Below are positions 36,626 through 47,620 of a stretch of DNA of 64,000 nt, one piece after another. Where the stretch lies: NCBI GenBank assembly GCA_038087875.1, contig JAXLNO010000065.1:310001-374000 (forward strand), in the 5' to 3' direction. The translations under genes and the position numbers were made by a program. The notes beneath the pieces were generated by a model that did no database searches, had not been told where the DNA came from, and was given only the letters and a program-made list of their open reading frames with translations. Position 1 is the first letter of the stretch. Each line of letters opens with the position of its first letter. This stretch comes from Malacoraja senta. Its lineage: Eukaryota.

Positions 36626-39624
36626 TCATAGATTGGATCAGGCTGAATTGGTCTGGATTGGCTCGGCTCTGTGGAGTGCACTGAACCAGGCTGCCCATCA
36701 TAAACTGATTGGCACTTCTTTCAGGTGACTTCTCCACCTTGCGGTTCGTAAAGGCCCCATCGACTGGTTAGAGGAGAAGAGAATGAAAGTCAACTTAAAA
36801 TCATTCAAATTAGTTCATCCACACATTCCTTTGAGCCGCCTTGACATGAATATTTCAAACAGACAATTTTTATTTAAATTGCAGAAAGTTAGTGTGAAAA
36901 GAAATCCAACAGACCCCCAGGGCAACTCAACAATCTCTCCCCACCCACAGGCCAACAAGTCATGAGTGATTACACTGAAGACCGCCGTAGGAAGGGGAAC
37001 CGCTCTGATTTTATTATACATCCTCAAAGGAATTATTCTAGACATGCAGCCTGTTTATCCCACTGGGACCCGTCTAATAAGTGTACCAGACTTAGATATA
37101 TAGATACAGACTCAGACTCTGATGGATTTATCTGCAAGAAATGTCTAAGTCCGTTTTATAATGAATGAGAAAAGGAAGCCTTCACTTCCAACCTTTCCCG
37201 TGCAGACAACCTGCTGGTTAGAAGATGGCCATGCACCCAGACCCACACTGTAATAAGGAACTTGTTGTTGCTACAGGTACAGCCTCACACCTCCAGTGAC
37301 CCAAGTTCAATCCTGACCTCCGGCACAGGATTCTATGATTGACTGCATGGGTTCTCCCAGGGTGCTCTCGTTTCCTCTCTAATCTCAATGACATGGAGGC
37401 TGGGGGGGTTAATTGACCACTGTAACTTGCCTCCAGTATGTGGGTGAGTGGTAGAATCTGGGGGAGTTGCTGGGACTGTGTTGGGAATAAAATGTGGTGT
37501 AAATAGGTGGTTGATGGGAAGCACAGTGGTTGCAAGGGCCTGCTCCCTGCTGTATACCTCTCTGTGACAATGACTATGACTATCACTTTACCAATCTATC
37601 ACACTACAACTTTGTGTCTCTGTCCCTCTTTCTCTATCACTCGCTCACTATCACTCTATGAATATGACTCTATCATTCTATCTCTCTTTCACTCAATCAC
37701 TCTGTGACTATCTTTAGACTTTAGACTTTAGTGATACAGCGCGAAAACGGGCTTTTGGCCCACCGAGTCTGTGCCGACCCGCGATCACCCCATACTGTGA
37801 CACTATCCTACACATTAGGGACAATTTACAATTTTTACTGAAGCCAATTAACCTACAAATCTGTATGTCTCTAAACTAAACTAAGAAGACAACACAAAAT
37901 CCCTCCCAGGAATACAGGAGGATAAAACATCTGTGCAAATGCCAAAATAAAAGAAGTAAGTACAAGAAAGAAATATCATCGAACACAGATTATAGAACGT
38001 GGGATAGTACGACACAAGAATAGTCTCTTCAGCCCATGAGGTCTGTGCGTAACATGAGGTCATATTTAACTAATCTCTTCCTTCTGAACGTGATCCATAT
38101 CCCTCCATCCCTGCATATTCATTACCATCTACAAACCTCTTAAACACCACTATTGTATCTACTGATCACGCATGAAGCTCATGAGACCGAAAACTGATCA
38201 ATCTTGAGCACCTGATGATAAAGATCTTGAATTTTGGATCTGGAGGGAATTAATACTCTCGTATCATCTTTCAAATATCTATAGATTCCAGAATTGTTCC
38301 AGCGGTTTGGGAAGTAGCAAATGTAAAACCACAGTTTAAGTAAGGAGGGAGAGAAAGACACTTTTTGTTTTACTTTAGTGTACTTTGGTTTAGTTTAGTT
38401 TAGTATATTGTCATGTGTACCAAGGTATAGTGAACAGTTTTTATGTCGCATGCTAACCAGTCAGCTGAAAGACTATGCATGATTACAATTAAGCAGTCCA
38501 CAGTGTATTGATACAGGATGAAGGGAACAATGTTTAGTGCTGGTGGAGCAGAGGTTTAAAAGAGTGGAGCGATTGTAATGAATGATTGCATATCTGCTTC
38601 TGGGACCAGCACGCAGAGTGTCGCCTGGGTTGGGCACCATTTTATTGCAAACTGGCTCAGTCTCATCCCAACAATAAACTTTATAATAGATACATCTCCT
38701 GACTCTACTTTAATCTTTTAAGGAAAGTAAGGTAGCTCTGACGCTCAGTCACAGGTCCTCAGGGTGCTGCCCCGCACTGGGGGATGGGATCTATAGGAGT
38801 CACTGCCTCAAAAATGCATGCTCATCATCCTGGCCACGCTCTTATCTTGCTGCTCACATCAGGGACAAGGTATCGGGGGATGAAAACTATGATCACCAGC
38901 TTTAAAAAAGACAGTAGTTTAATTTAGTTTATTTTAGTTTAGTTTAGCTTAGTTTAGGTTAGTTTCAAGACACAGCATGGAAACAGGCCCTTCGACCCAT
39001 CAAGTCCACACCGACACCGATCACCCGTTCACCATAGTTCTATGTTATCCCACTTTCTCATCCAATCTCTACACACTGGGGCATTTTTTTACAGAGGCTA
39101 ACTTACCTTTTTGTGGAGGATGGCATTGCAGAGAAATTGCAGCTTTAATCCCACTGCTGGGAACCTTCTATGTTACTTGAGGTCTTTAGATAACTAAGGA
39201 AAGCCTGATAAATGGATTTACTATCGTCCAAACCTAGGCCCTAATATTTGTACTTACTGCTTGCAATCCTGCCGAGATCAGTGTCTTGAACCACAATTAG
39301 CTCCAACTTCTGACGGAAACACACACTGCATGCTTCGAAGGGGTGTTTCTCCCAGTGCTCTGTGAGTTTATCATGAGTTTAGTTTATTGTCACGTGTATC
39401 GAGGTACAGTGAAATGTTTTTGTTGCGTGCTAACCAGTCTGCGGAAAGACAATACATGATTACAATCGAGTCATCCGCTGTGTACAAATACATAATAAAG
39501 GGATTAACGGGTATAACGTTTAATGCAAGATAAAGTCCAGTAAATTCCGATCAAAGATATCCAAGGGTATCCAATGAGTATGTAGAAGCTCAGGACTGCC
39601 CTCTAGTTGTTGGCCGGATGGTTC

Positions 39625-39960
39625 AGTTTAGTTTAGTTTAGAGATACAGCACCGAAACAGGCCCTTCGGCCCACTGAGTCCGCACCGACCAGCGATCCCC
39701 ACACATTAAAAAAAGCCTACACATTCTAGGGACAATTTACATTTATACCAAGTATACAAACCCAGGTCAATTAACCTACAAACCTGTACGTCTTTGGAGT
39801 GTGGGAGGAAACCGAAGATCTCAGAGAAAACCCACGCGGTCACGGGGAGCATGTACAAACTCCGTACAGACAGCATCCGTTGTCTGGATTGAACCCGGGT
39901 CTCCAGACCTGCAAGCAATCTAAGGCAGCAACTCTACAGCTGCACCACCATGACGCCCCA
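39625..39960 (-). mobile_element. HE1-like SINE nested in an old Rex1-type 3' fragment (about 39380-40070)
   Basis: SINE interrupts GGATGGTTCAGTT...ACAGCTGGGAAGTAACTGTCCCTGAATCTGG. Confidence 0.75.
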
Positions 39961-41263
39961 GTTACTGGTTATACAGCTGGGAAGTAACTGTCCCTGAATC
40001 TGGAGGTGTGCATTCTCATACCTCTTGCCCGATGAGAGAGGGGAGAAGAGGGAATGGGCTGGGTGTGATCTCAGAACATTCAGATGACAGCTGATGTAAC
40101 CATACCCTCAGAATCATACTTTACTGTCACTTTACCATTAACTCTGTTTCTCGCTCTACAGTTTATTAACTACAGGGAGAGGTTGGACAGACTTGGATTG
40201 TTTTCTCTGGAAGGTTGCAAGAAGTATATAAAATTATGGGAGGCATTCATGGGGTAGAACAGTCAGAATATTTTCTCCAGAATGGAAAAATCTAATACTA
40301 GAGGGCATATTTTACAGTGAGAGGGGCAAGAGATGGATGGAGCAGGTGGTGAGTGCCTGGAACCCAAGGTGGTGGGTGAAGCATGTATATTAGTGGCATT
40401 TAAAAGACTTTTGGATAGGCAAATGGATATGCAGGGAATGGAGGGATGTGGGCTATGTGCAGGTAGATATGTAGAAGAGCCTGTTCTTGGGCTGAACTGT
40501 TCTATTTTCTATGCAGATGCAGCCTGACTCAGATTCAGATTCAGATTCAACTTTATTGTCATTGTGCCGTGTACAGTACAGAGACAACGAAATGCAGTTA
40601 GCATCTCCCTAGAAGAGCGACATAAATATGAGCAATAAATCAATCTAATAAATCCTGGTGGGAGGAGTGTCCGGGGGGGGTGGGGTGGTTGGCAGTCACA
40701 GAGGTCCAGTGTTGAGTAGTGTAACCGCCGCAGGGAAGAAGCTGTTCCTGGACCTGCTGGTCTGGCAACGGAGAGACCTGTAGCGCCTCCCGGATGGGAG
40801 GAGGGTAAACAGTCTGTGGTTGGGGTGAGAGCAGTCCTTGGCGATGCTGAGCGCCCTTCGCAGACAACGCTTGCTTTGGACAGACTCAATGGAGGGGAGT
40901 GAGGAACCGGTGATGCGTTGGGCAATTTTCACCACCCTCTGCAGTGCTTTCCGGTCGGAGACAGAGCAGTTGCCATACCATACTGTGATGCAGTTGGTAA
41001 GTGTAAAGACTTGTCAGACACGTGAAGTCTTCACTACTAGTTTATTGCAGACATAGTAATCATACACACACATAGTGCCCTAGCTGTTCGTGGTCCGTCA
41101 CCGGAGCTAGAGAGAGAGCTGGGGGTGTGGAGGCTACAGTTATACTGAAGATAATGGGGAGTGGTTAGTAGTGGTGAGGTCACTATGTTAAAGGAGCATG
41201 CACTGATCTACATCCTTCCCCTTGGAAAACAGAACATTACAATGATGACAGTGCGACCACGAC

Positions 41264-41959
41264 TCATACGCTAGAAACACACCCGCGCGTACGCATGCCG
41301 CCCTCCCCCCCCTCCGCAGGAAGAGCAGGGACCGGAGCAGGAGCGGTGATAGGGGAACGGGCAGGAGAAAGAGCAGGAGAGGGAGGACGAGGAGACCGGG
41401 GGGGGGGAGAAACGGGCACCGCAGCGGGCACGCGAGGGGGAGAGGTAGGAGCAGTGGGAGAACGTGGCACCAAGGGTTGAAAGGGCAGAGTCCTGGGCAT
41501 GTGAGGAGCGGTAGGCAGAGAGGTAGCAACCGGAGGTGCAAAAGGGGCTGCAGGAGGCGGAGCGGGCTCGTTGACCGGCAGCAAATGCTGGCGGGACCGG
41601 CGGTAGGTGGTACCCTCGTAGTCAACCAGGTAAGACCGCGGAGAGCCTGCAGAGCCGACGACCACAGCCAGCCGGTAGTGTCCTGAGGGACACTGCATCC
41701 GGACGACCTGGCCCTGGAAGAGACGCGGAAGGGGACGGCAGGACTTGTCGTGGGAGCGCTTCTGGATAGCCTGTTTCTGGGCAATGTGCTCCTGGACAGC
41801 AGCAGGGCTGCGGACCGCGGGCTCTAGGGATCGCTGGGAGACAGGGATCGGAGGGCGTGTGGTGCGGGACATGAGCCGCTGAGCAGGCGAGCCCAGGGCA
41901 GAGTCACGAGAAATATTGCGGAGATTCAGTACGGCCAAAGATCCCACTTCTGACACCAT
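41264..41959 (-). pseudogene. Gypsy integrase C-terminal remnant plus Pro-rich tail (231-aa ORF)
   Basis: LNLRN...GSPAQRLMSR...QK..HDK...LP.L..GQVVRM...PRSYLV....TYRRSRQHL; no DDE core, RT or gag. Confidence 0.75.
41941..41958 (-). promoter_or_regulatory. Primer-binding site, tRNA-Leu type
   Basis: Minus strand TGGTGTCAGAAGTGGGAT directly after the 5' LTR, complementary to the vertebrate tRNA-Leu(CAA) 3' end ATCCCACTTCTGACACCA as I recall it. Confidence 0.8.
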
Positions 41960-42381
41960 GTAAAGACTTGTCAGACACGTGAAGTCTTCACTACTAGTTT
42001 ATTGCAGACATAGTAATCATACACACACATAGTGCCCTAGCTGTTCGTGGTCCGTCACCGGAGCTAGAGAGAGAGCTGGTGGTGTGGAGGCTACAGTTAT
42101 GCTGAAGATAATGGGGAGTGGTTAGTAGTGGTGAGGTCACTATGTTAAAGGAGCATGCACTGATCTACAGTAAGGATGCTCTCGATGGTGCAGCGGTAGA
42201 AGTTCACCAGAATCTGAGGAGACAGATGGACCTTCTTTAGTCTCCTCAGGAAGAAGAGACGCTGGTGAGCCTTCTTGACCAGAGTTGAGGTATTGTTGGT
42301 CCAAGAGAGGTCATCGGAGATGTTGACCCCCAGGAACCTGAAGCTGGAAACATGTTCCACCTCCGTCCCGTTAATGTGGAT

Positions 42382-43068
42382 TGATTGATTGATTATACCT
42401 TTAATAATCCTTTGCAGGAAATTACAATGCCACGACAGCTTCAAGACAGACATAACACCACAAATAGCTTCCATACTTAACAAGTTAAAATACAAGTTAA
42501 AATACAAGTTAAAATACAATTAATTTTAAAAAGTGCAGTTATTTATGCGCATTATATAACCTTATCGCAGCTGGTAAACAGGACTTCCTATGTCTCTCAG
42601 TTTTGCACATTGGTGCAATCAGTCTCTGACTGAAGATGCTGCTCTTGATCACCTTCAGGGCATGGAGTGGGTGAGTGGGGTTGGTCATTATAGAACCCAG
42701 TTTTTTCAGAGTTCTGGCCTCTGCCACCTGCTGGACCGTTCGTTGCTCAGCCCCGACCACTGAGCCGGCCTTCCTGATCAGTTTGTCCAGTCTGTTTTTG
42801 TCCGCTATGCGAGCGCCATCTCCCCAACAGGCCACCGCAAAAAACAGAGCACTGGCCACCACTGAATGGTAGACACTGCACAGTAGGGGTTGGCAGATGT
42901 TAAATGCCCTCAGCCTCCTTAAAAAATACAGTCGGCTTTGTCCCTTCCTGTACACCGCCTCCATATGACACTTCCAGTCCAGCTCACTGTCAAGCTGCAC
43001 ACCAAGGTACCTGTGGTTAGCGACCACCTCCACCTCAGTGCCCTTAATGGTGATTGGTGTGTGGGATG
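42382..43068 (-). mobile_element. Second Rex1-type LINE family, 5'-truncated, nested
   Basis: RYLGVQLDSELDW, KGQSRLYFLRRL and HPLH motifs; (ATCA)n tail; GGAT at both junctions. Confidence 0.88.
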
Positions 43069-43524
43069 GGATGGGGGTGTGCGTGCCGCCCCTAGACTTC
43101 CTGAAGTCTACAATGAGCTCCTTGGTCTTCTTGGAGTTAAGGGCCAGGTTGTTGTCAGCGCACCATGCTGCTAGGAGCTGGACCTCCTCCCTATAGGCCG
43201 ACTCATCGTTGTTGCTGATGAGGCCAATCACCATTGTATCATCTGCATACTTGATGATGGTGTTAGTACCATGTACAGGTGTGCAGTCGTAGGTGAAGAG
43301 GGAGTAGAGGAGGGGGCTCAGCACACAGCCCTGTGGAACGCCGGTGTTCAGGGTGAGGGTTGAAGAGGTGTGCTTGTCTAACCTAACAGACTGGGGTTTC
43401 CAGATTTTTTTCTATTTTTATCTCAGGTTTCCAGCATCTTCAGTTTTTTAAAATAATATTCGGGAGATGAATGAAACCTGAAATCATTAACAAACGAGAA
43501 ATAATGCAGGTGGAAACATTCAGA

Positions 43525-43720
43525 CGAGACTGGAATGTCTGACTTCCCGAAACGCAATGTTGAGCCCTGAGGGCTGTAATGTATCTAGTCGGTAGATGAG
43601 ATGCTGTTCCTCAAACAAGTATTGAGCTTCATCGGAACTGTTAAGGGGACCACAGACAAGGAGGTCAGCATGTGTGTGGGTTGGAGAATTACACTGATGG
43701 AATTGGAAGCTCAGGGTCAG
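43525..43720 (-). mobile_element. Penelope-like GIY-YIG endonuclease C-terminal fragment
   Basis: EAQYLFEEQHLIYRLDTLQPSGLNIAF in ORF 43520-43780. Confidence 0.7.
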
Positions 43721-44157
43721 GATTGATCTGAGGTGTTCTGCAAAGGAGGGAAGCACCACACAGTCAACCTTGTACTTCACAGCTCACTGTGTCTCTATCC
43801 ACACTGGAACAGTGCAGCTACAGTACTGGCATTAACTGAATAGAAAATCCCACAGGTATGTCCTAGACCTAGAATAGAGAAATGTGCAGAAGTGGATCAG
43901 GCCCTTCGGCCCACCATACCAGTGCTGACGATGATGCCAATCTAACTAATCCTATCTATCTGCCCGTGGTCTGTCCTCTGCCTGTTCATGCATCTATTTA
44001 AATGTTGCTTTCATATCTACTTCTAAGACCTCCCCTGACAGTCTGCTCCAACACTTCCCACTCACTATGTTGAGTTTAGTTTAGTTTAGAGATACAGTTC
44101 TGAAAGAGGCCCATACGCCCACCGAGTACGCGCTGACCAGCGATCCCCACACACTAA

Positions 44158-44751
44158 AGGGGCTGTCCCACTTGGGCGAGTTAATTGCCGAGTTTAGAAG
44201 AGTTTGAAAAAATGACATGTTGAAGACCTCCTTCGACTATGTAGAAGACCTCCTTCGACCTCCTTCGACCAGGTCGAAGACCAGCTTCGACTAGCTACGA
44301 CTAGCTACTACTAACTTCGGGAAAATTGGACACCGAATAGTGGAGAGTGAAGACGACCTCCTTCAATCTCCTTCGACCTCCCTTCGACCTCCCTTCGACT
44401 ATGATGAAGACTATCTACGACTACCCTCGACTACCTTCAACTACCCTTGATTACCTACGACTAACATGCCGACCTACTACGACCTACTACGAACGACTAC
44501 GACTAAACCTATGAGTTAAGAAGGGATCGATTTTTTCCATGGCGACCTTTTTTTACTCACGGGCATTTTTTAACATATTGAAAAAAAACGCCGCGACCTA
44601 GCTGAGGCCTCGAGTACGCGGAGACCACTCTCGAGCATGAAGGAGAGTTACGAAGATCTCCTACGACCTCGTGTCGACCATGCTGCGAGTATGAGTTGAG
44701 GGCAAACTCGCCAGAACTCGCGGATTAGGTCGCCCAAGTGGGACAGGCCCT
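44158..44751. mobile_element. PIF/Harbinger-like MITE inserted in a SINE (SINE about 44075-44980, -)
   Basis: TIR AGGGGCTGTCCCACTTGGGCGA / TCGCCCAAGTGGGACAGGCCCT; flanks TAA/TTA; internal (CCTTCGAC) and (CTACGA) repeats. Confidence 0.85.
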
Positions 44752-45751
44752 TTACACTATCACACACACACACTAGGGAAAGTTACAATTTACAGTAGCC
44801 AATTAACCTACAAACCTGTACTGCTTTGGAGTGTGGGAGGAAACCAGAGCTCCCAGAGAAAACCCACAAAGGTCACGGGGAGAGCGTACAAACTCCATAC
44901 AGACAGCACCCGTAGTCAGGATCGAACCTGGGTCTCTGGCACTGTAAGGCAGCAACTCTACCGCTGCACCACCATGCCGCCAGCATCTGTGGTAGAAATG
45001 AATCGGCAACATTTTGGGTCGGGATCTTCCGAGGACTAGAGTATGAGGGATCGAACATATTGTGTGTGACTACAAGTGCAAGTCTTTCCTGCCCTTGGCA
45101 TGCTGTTCAAGTAAAGAGATTTGACTCACTCTCTTTAAAAGAGATCCAATCTCAATTTCAGAGAATTCCTCTTTTGAAAGGACCCAAATAAAGCTGCCTC
45201 CTTGGACTGGGATTTGACGATGAATATTCCTCATGCATTGCAATCATGTACAAGTGGTTGGAGAGGCTGGTTTAATTCTCCACACCCATCCTGAGTGTTG
45301 AAAGGCTCATAAGACAGTGTTATGACGATGTCACGACTGCCAGTGTTAATAAAGGAATTCATTAATCATGGCTTGACTGGAGTGGCATTGTAGCTGCCTG
45401 GCCAGTCTTCTTTGGGTCCCTGTGACACTCATTAGCTCGATCACTTTGGTGGTGATTAATTGAAGACTGATTCCTGGAAGCCAGGACTGAGTGCCATTGC
45501 AAGGTCCGTGGTCATGTGACTTTCTTCGCTGTGGTTTCTGGCAATGCATCACTTCCTGCAACGCAGCTAATTGATAGTGGCATGTGTGCCAGCTGTGCCA
45601 GCTGTGCCAGCATGCTAAGGGACGCAGTTGATCCAAAATGCGACAGCAATGGTGCTGTCAGTGTAAACATTGCTGTGGTGATCAGCGTGGGCAGTTTATT
45701 AAAAAGGAATTCCTATGGGCAGACACCTCACTATTCAAACTAAATCAAAGG

Positions 45752-45880
45752 CTGAAGAAGTGTCCTGACCCGAAACGTCACCTTTTCCTTTTCTCCAGAA
45801 ATACTGCCTAACCCGCTGAATTACTCCAACGTTTTGTGTCTATCATCGGTGTAAACCAGCATCTGCAGTTCCTTCCTACA
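45752..45880 (+). mobile_element. Penelope-derived tail with minimal hammerhead-like core
   Basis: CTGAAGA-AGTGTCCTGACCC-GAAACGTC followed by the recurring GCCTAACCCGCTGAATTACTCCA tail. Confidence 0.6.
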
Positions 45881-46164
45881 CACAAATCAAAGGCATTTGA
45901 TGGACTAAACCCCTTTCCATTCACTCCCACCGTACATTATGCCAACGGAACAAACCCTATCCACTTTCCTAATTCCATCCTTAATTGCCCTGAGGAGCGG
46001 TGGTGAGTTGCCTCCTTGAACCGCTGCAGTCCTTCTGGTGATGGTGCTCCCACAGTGCTGTTGAAGAGGGAGTTCCAGAAGTTAGAGCCAGCAACCTTAA
46101 AATATAATCAGTATATTTGCAAGTGGGGATGGTCTGCAACTTGTAGGGAAACCCATAACCAGCA

Positions 46165-46710
46165 ACGGTGGCGCAGCAGTAGAGTTGCTGCTTTACATCG
46201 CCAGAGACCAGGTTCAATCCTGACTATAGGTGCTGTCTGTACAGTGTTTGTACTTTCTTCCTGCGTGGGTTTTTCCCGGGTCGGGTACTTTTCGGCGCCG
46301 CCGTTTCGGCGCCGCTGGTTCGGCGCCTCCGTTTATAATATCTGTACTCATCAGAACCCTAACCCTGACCCTGACCCTGACCCTGACCCTGACCCTGACC
46401 CTAACCCTAACCCTAACCCTAACCCTGACCCTGACCCTAGCCCTAACCCTAACACCCCGAAACGGAGGTGCCGAAACGGCGGCGCTGAATGGTACCATTC
46501 CGTCCCCGGGTGCTCCGGTTTCCTCCCGCACTCCAAAGACATACAGGTTTGTCGGTTAATTTGCCTTTGGTAAAAAGATTGTAAATTGTCCCTAGTCTGA
46601 AGGATAGTGCTAGTGCATGGGGACTGCTGGTGGGCGTGGACTTGGTGGGCCAAAGGGCCTGTTTCTGCACTGTATCTCTAAACTAAACTAAAATAAACTG
46701 AACTAAACTG
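46165..46710 (+). mobile_element. HE1-like SINE interrupted by a MITE
   Basis: Head at 46165, V-domain split at 46281/46503, (TAAAC)n tail. Confidence 0.85.
46282..46502. mobile_element. 221-bp MITE with 9-bp TSD carrying a telomere-like (ACCCTA/ACCCTG)n array
   Basis: TSD TTCCCGGGT/TCCCCGGGT; CGG...CCG ends; inverted arms built of CCGTTTCGGCG-like repeats; hexamer array 46356-46453. Confidence 0.8.
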
Positions 46711-47331
46711 GTGGCGTTTGTATGTGCCTGCTGTCCTTGACCTTGAAGATGGAGGTGAAGGGTTTGGGAGGTTCTGATGGTGTAGACTGGGTGAGTAACT
46801 GCAGTGCACTTTGTAGATGGCACACACTGTGACCACACAATGCTGGTGGCAGAGGGATTGAGTGTTTAATGTGGTGGATGGGATGTCTGTCAAGCTGTTT
46901 GTTTTACCCGGGTGATTCCGAGCTGCTTCAGAGAAGCTCCCAGGCGGGAGTAGACTATTCCATCTCACTCCTGACTTGTTCCTTGTTGATGGTAAGATTT
47001 AATAGGAACCCTGGGTGTCACTTATTCACACAATGGGTGGTGGGTGTATGGAATGAGCTGCCGGAGGAGGTAGTTGAGGCAAGTACTATCGCAATGTTTA
47101 AGAAGCATTTAGACAGGTACATGGATAGGACTGATTTAGAGGGATCTGGGCCAAATGCAGGCAGGTGGGAATAGTGTAGATGGGACATGTTGGCCGGTGT
47201 GGGCAAGTTGGGCTGAAGGACCTGCTTCCACGCTGTATGTCTGTGACTTCATGTTAAATGGCTTTGGCATCACAGGAGGAAAATCACTTTGCTCGCTTTT
47301 GTAGCCAATGCGGCTGGTCCAGGTGACTTTC

Positions 47332-47620
47332 TGGCGCAGCGGTAGAGTTGCTGCTTTACATCGCCAGAGACCCGGGTTCGATGCTGTCTACAGGTGCTGC
47401 CTGTACAGAGTTTGTATGTTCTCCCTGTGACCATTTGGTTTTCTCTGGATGCTCCGGTTTCTCTCCCACATTCCAAAGATGTGCATGTTGTAGGTTAATT
47501 GGCTCTTGTGAATTGTCCCTGGTGTGTTGGGCAGAACTAGTATATGGGGTGATCGTTGGTCGTACAGACTCAGTGGGCCAGCGGGCCTGTTTCCACGCTG
47601 TATCTCTAAAGTCTAAAGTA
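47332..47620 (+). mobile_element. HE1-like SINE
   Basis: GGCGCAGCGGTAGAG head, GGTTCGATGC B-box-like motif, V-domain and tail. Confidence 0.85.

Larger units (their letters stand above)
41002..42169 (-). mobile_element. Miniature non-autonomous Gypsy-derived LTR retrotransposon (TRIM-like)
   Basis: 211-bp TG...CA LTRs at 41002-41212 and 41959-42169 with 2 differences; GTAAG TSD; PBS 41941-41958; PPT 41213-41225; internal integrase C-terminal remnant. Confidence 0.95.
40527..43397 (-). mobile_element. Rex1/Babar-like LINE hosting two nested insertions
   Basis: GVPQGCVLSPLLYSL, KYADD, KKAHQRLFFLRRL and LPSGRRYRS motifs; (TGAATC)n tail; interrupted at 41002-42169 and 42382-43068. Confidence 0.9.

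Noticed and set aside
46356..46453. True telomere or chromosome fusion scar
   Set aside because: Short, single orientation, and enclosed by TIRs and a TSD.
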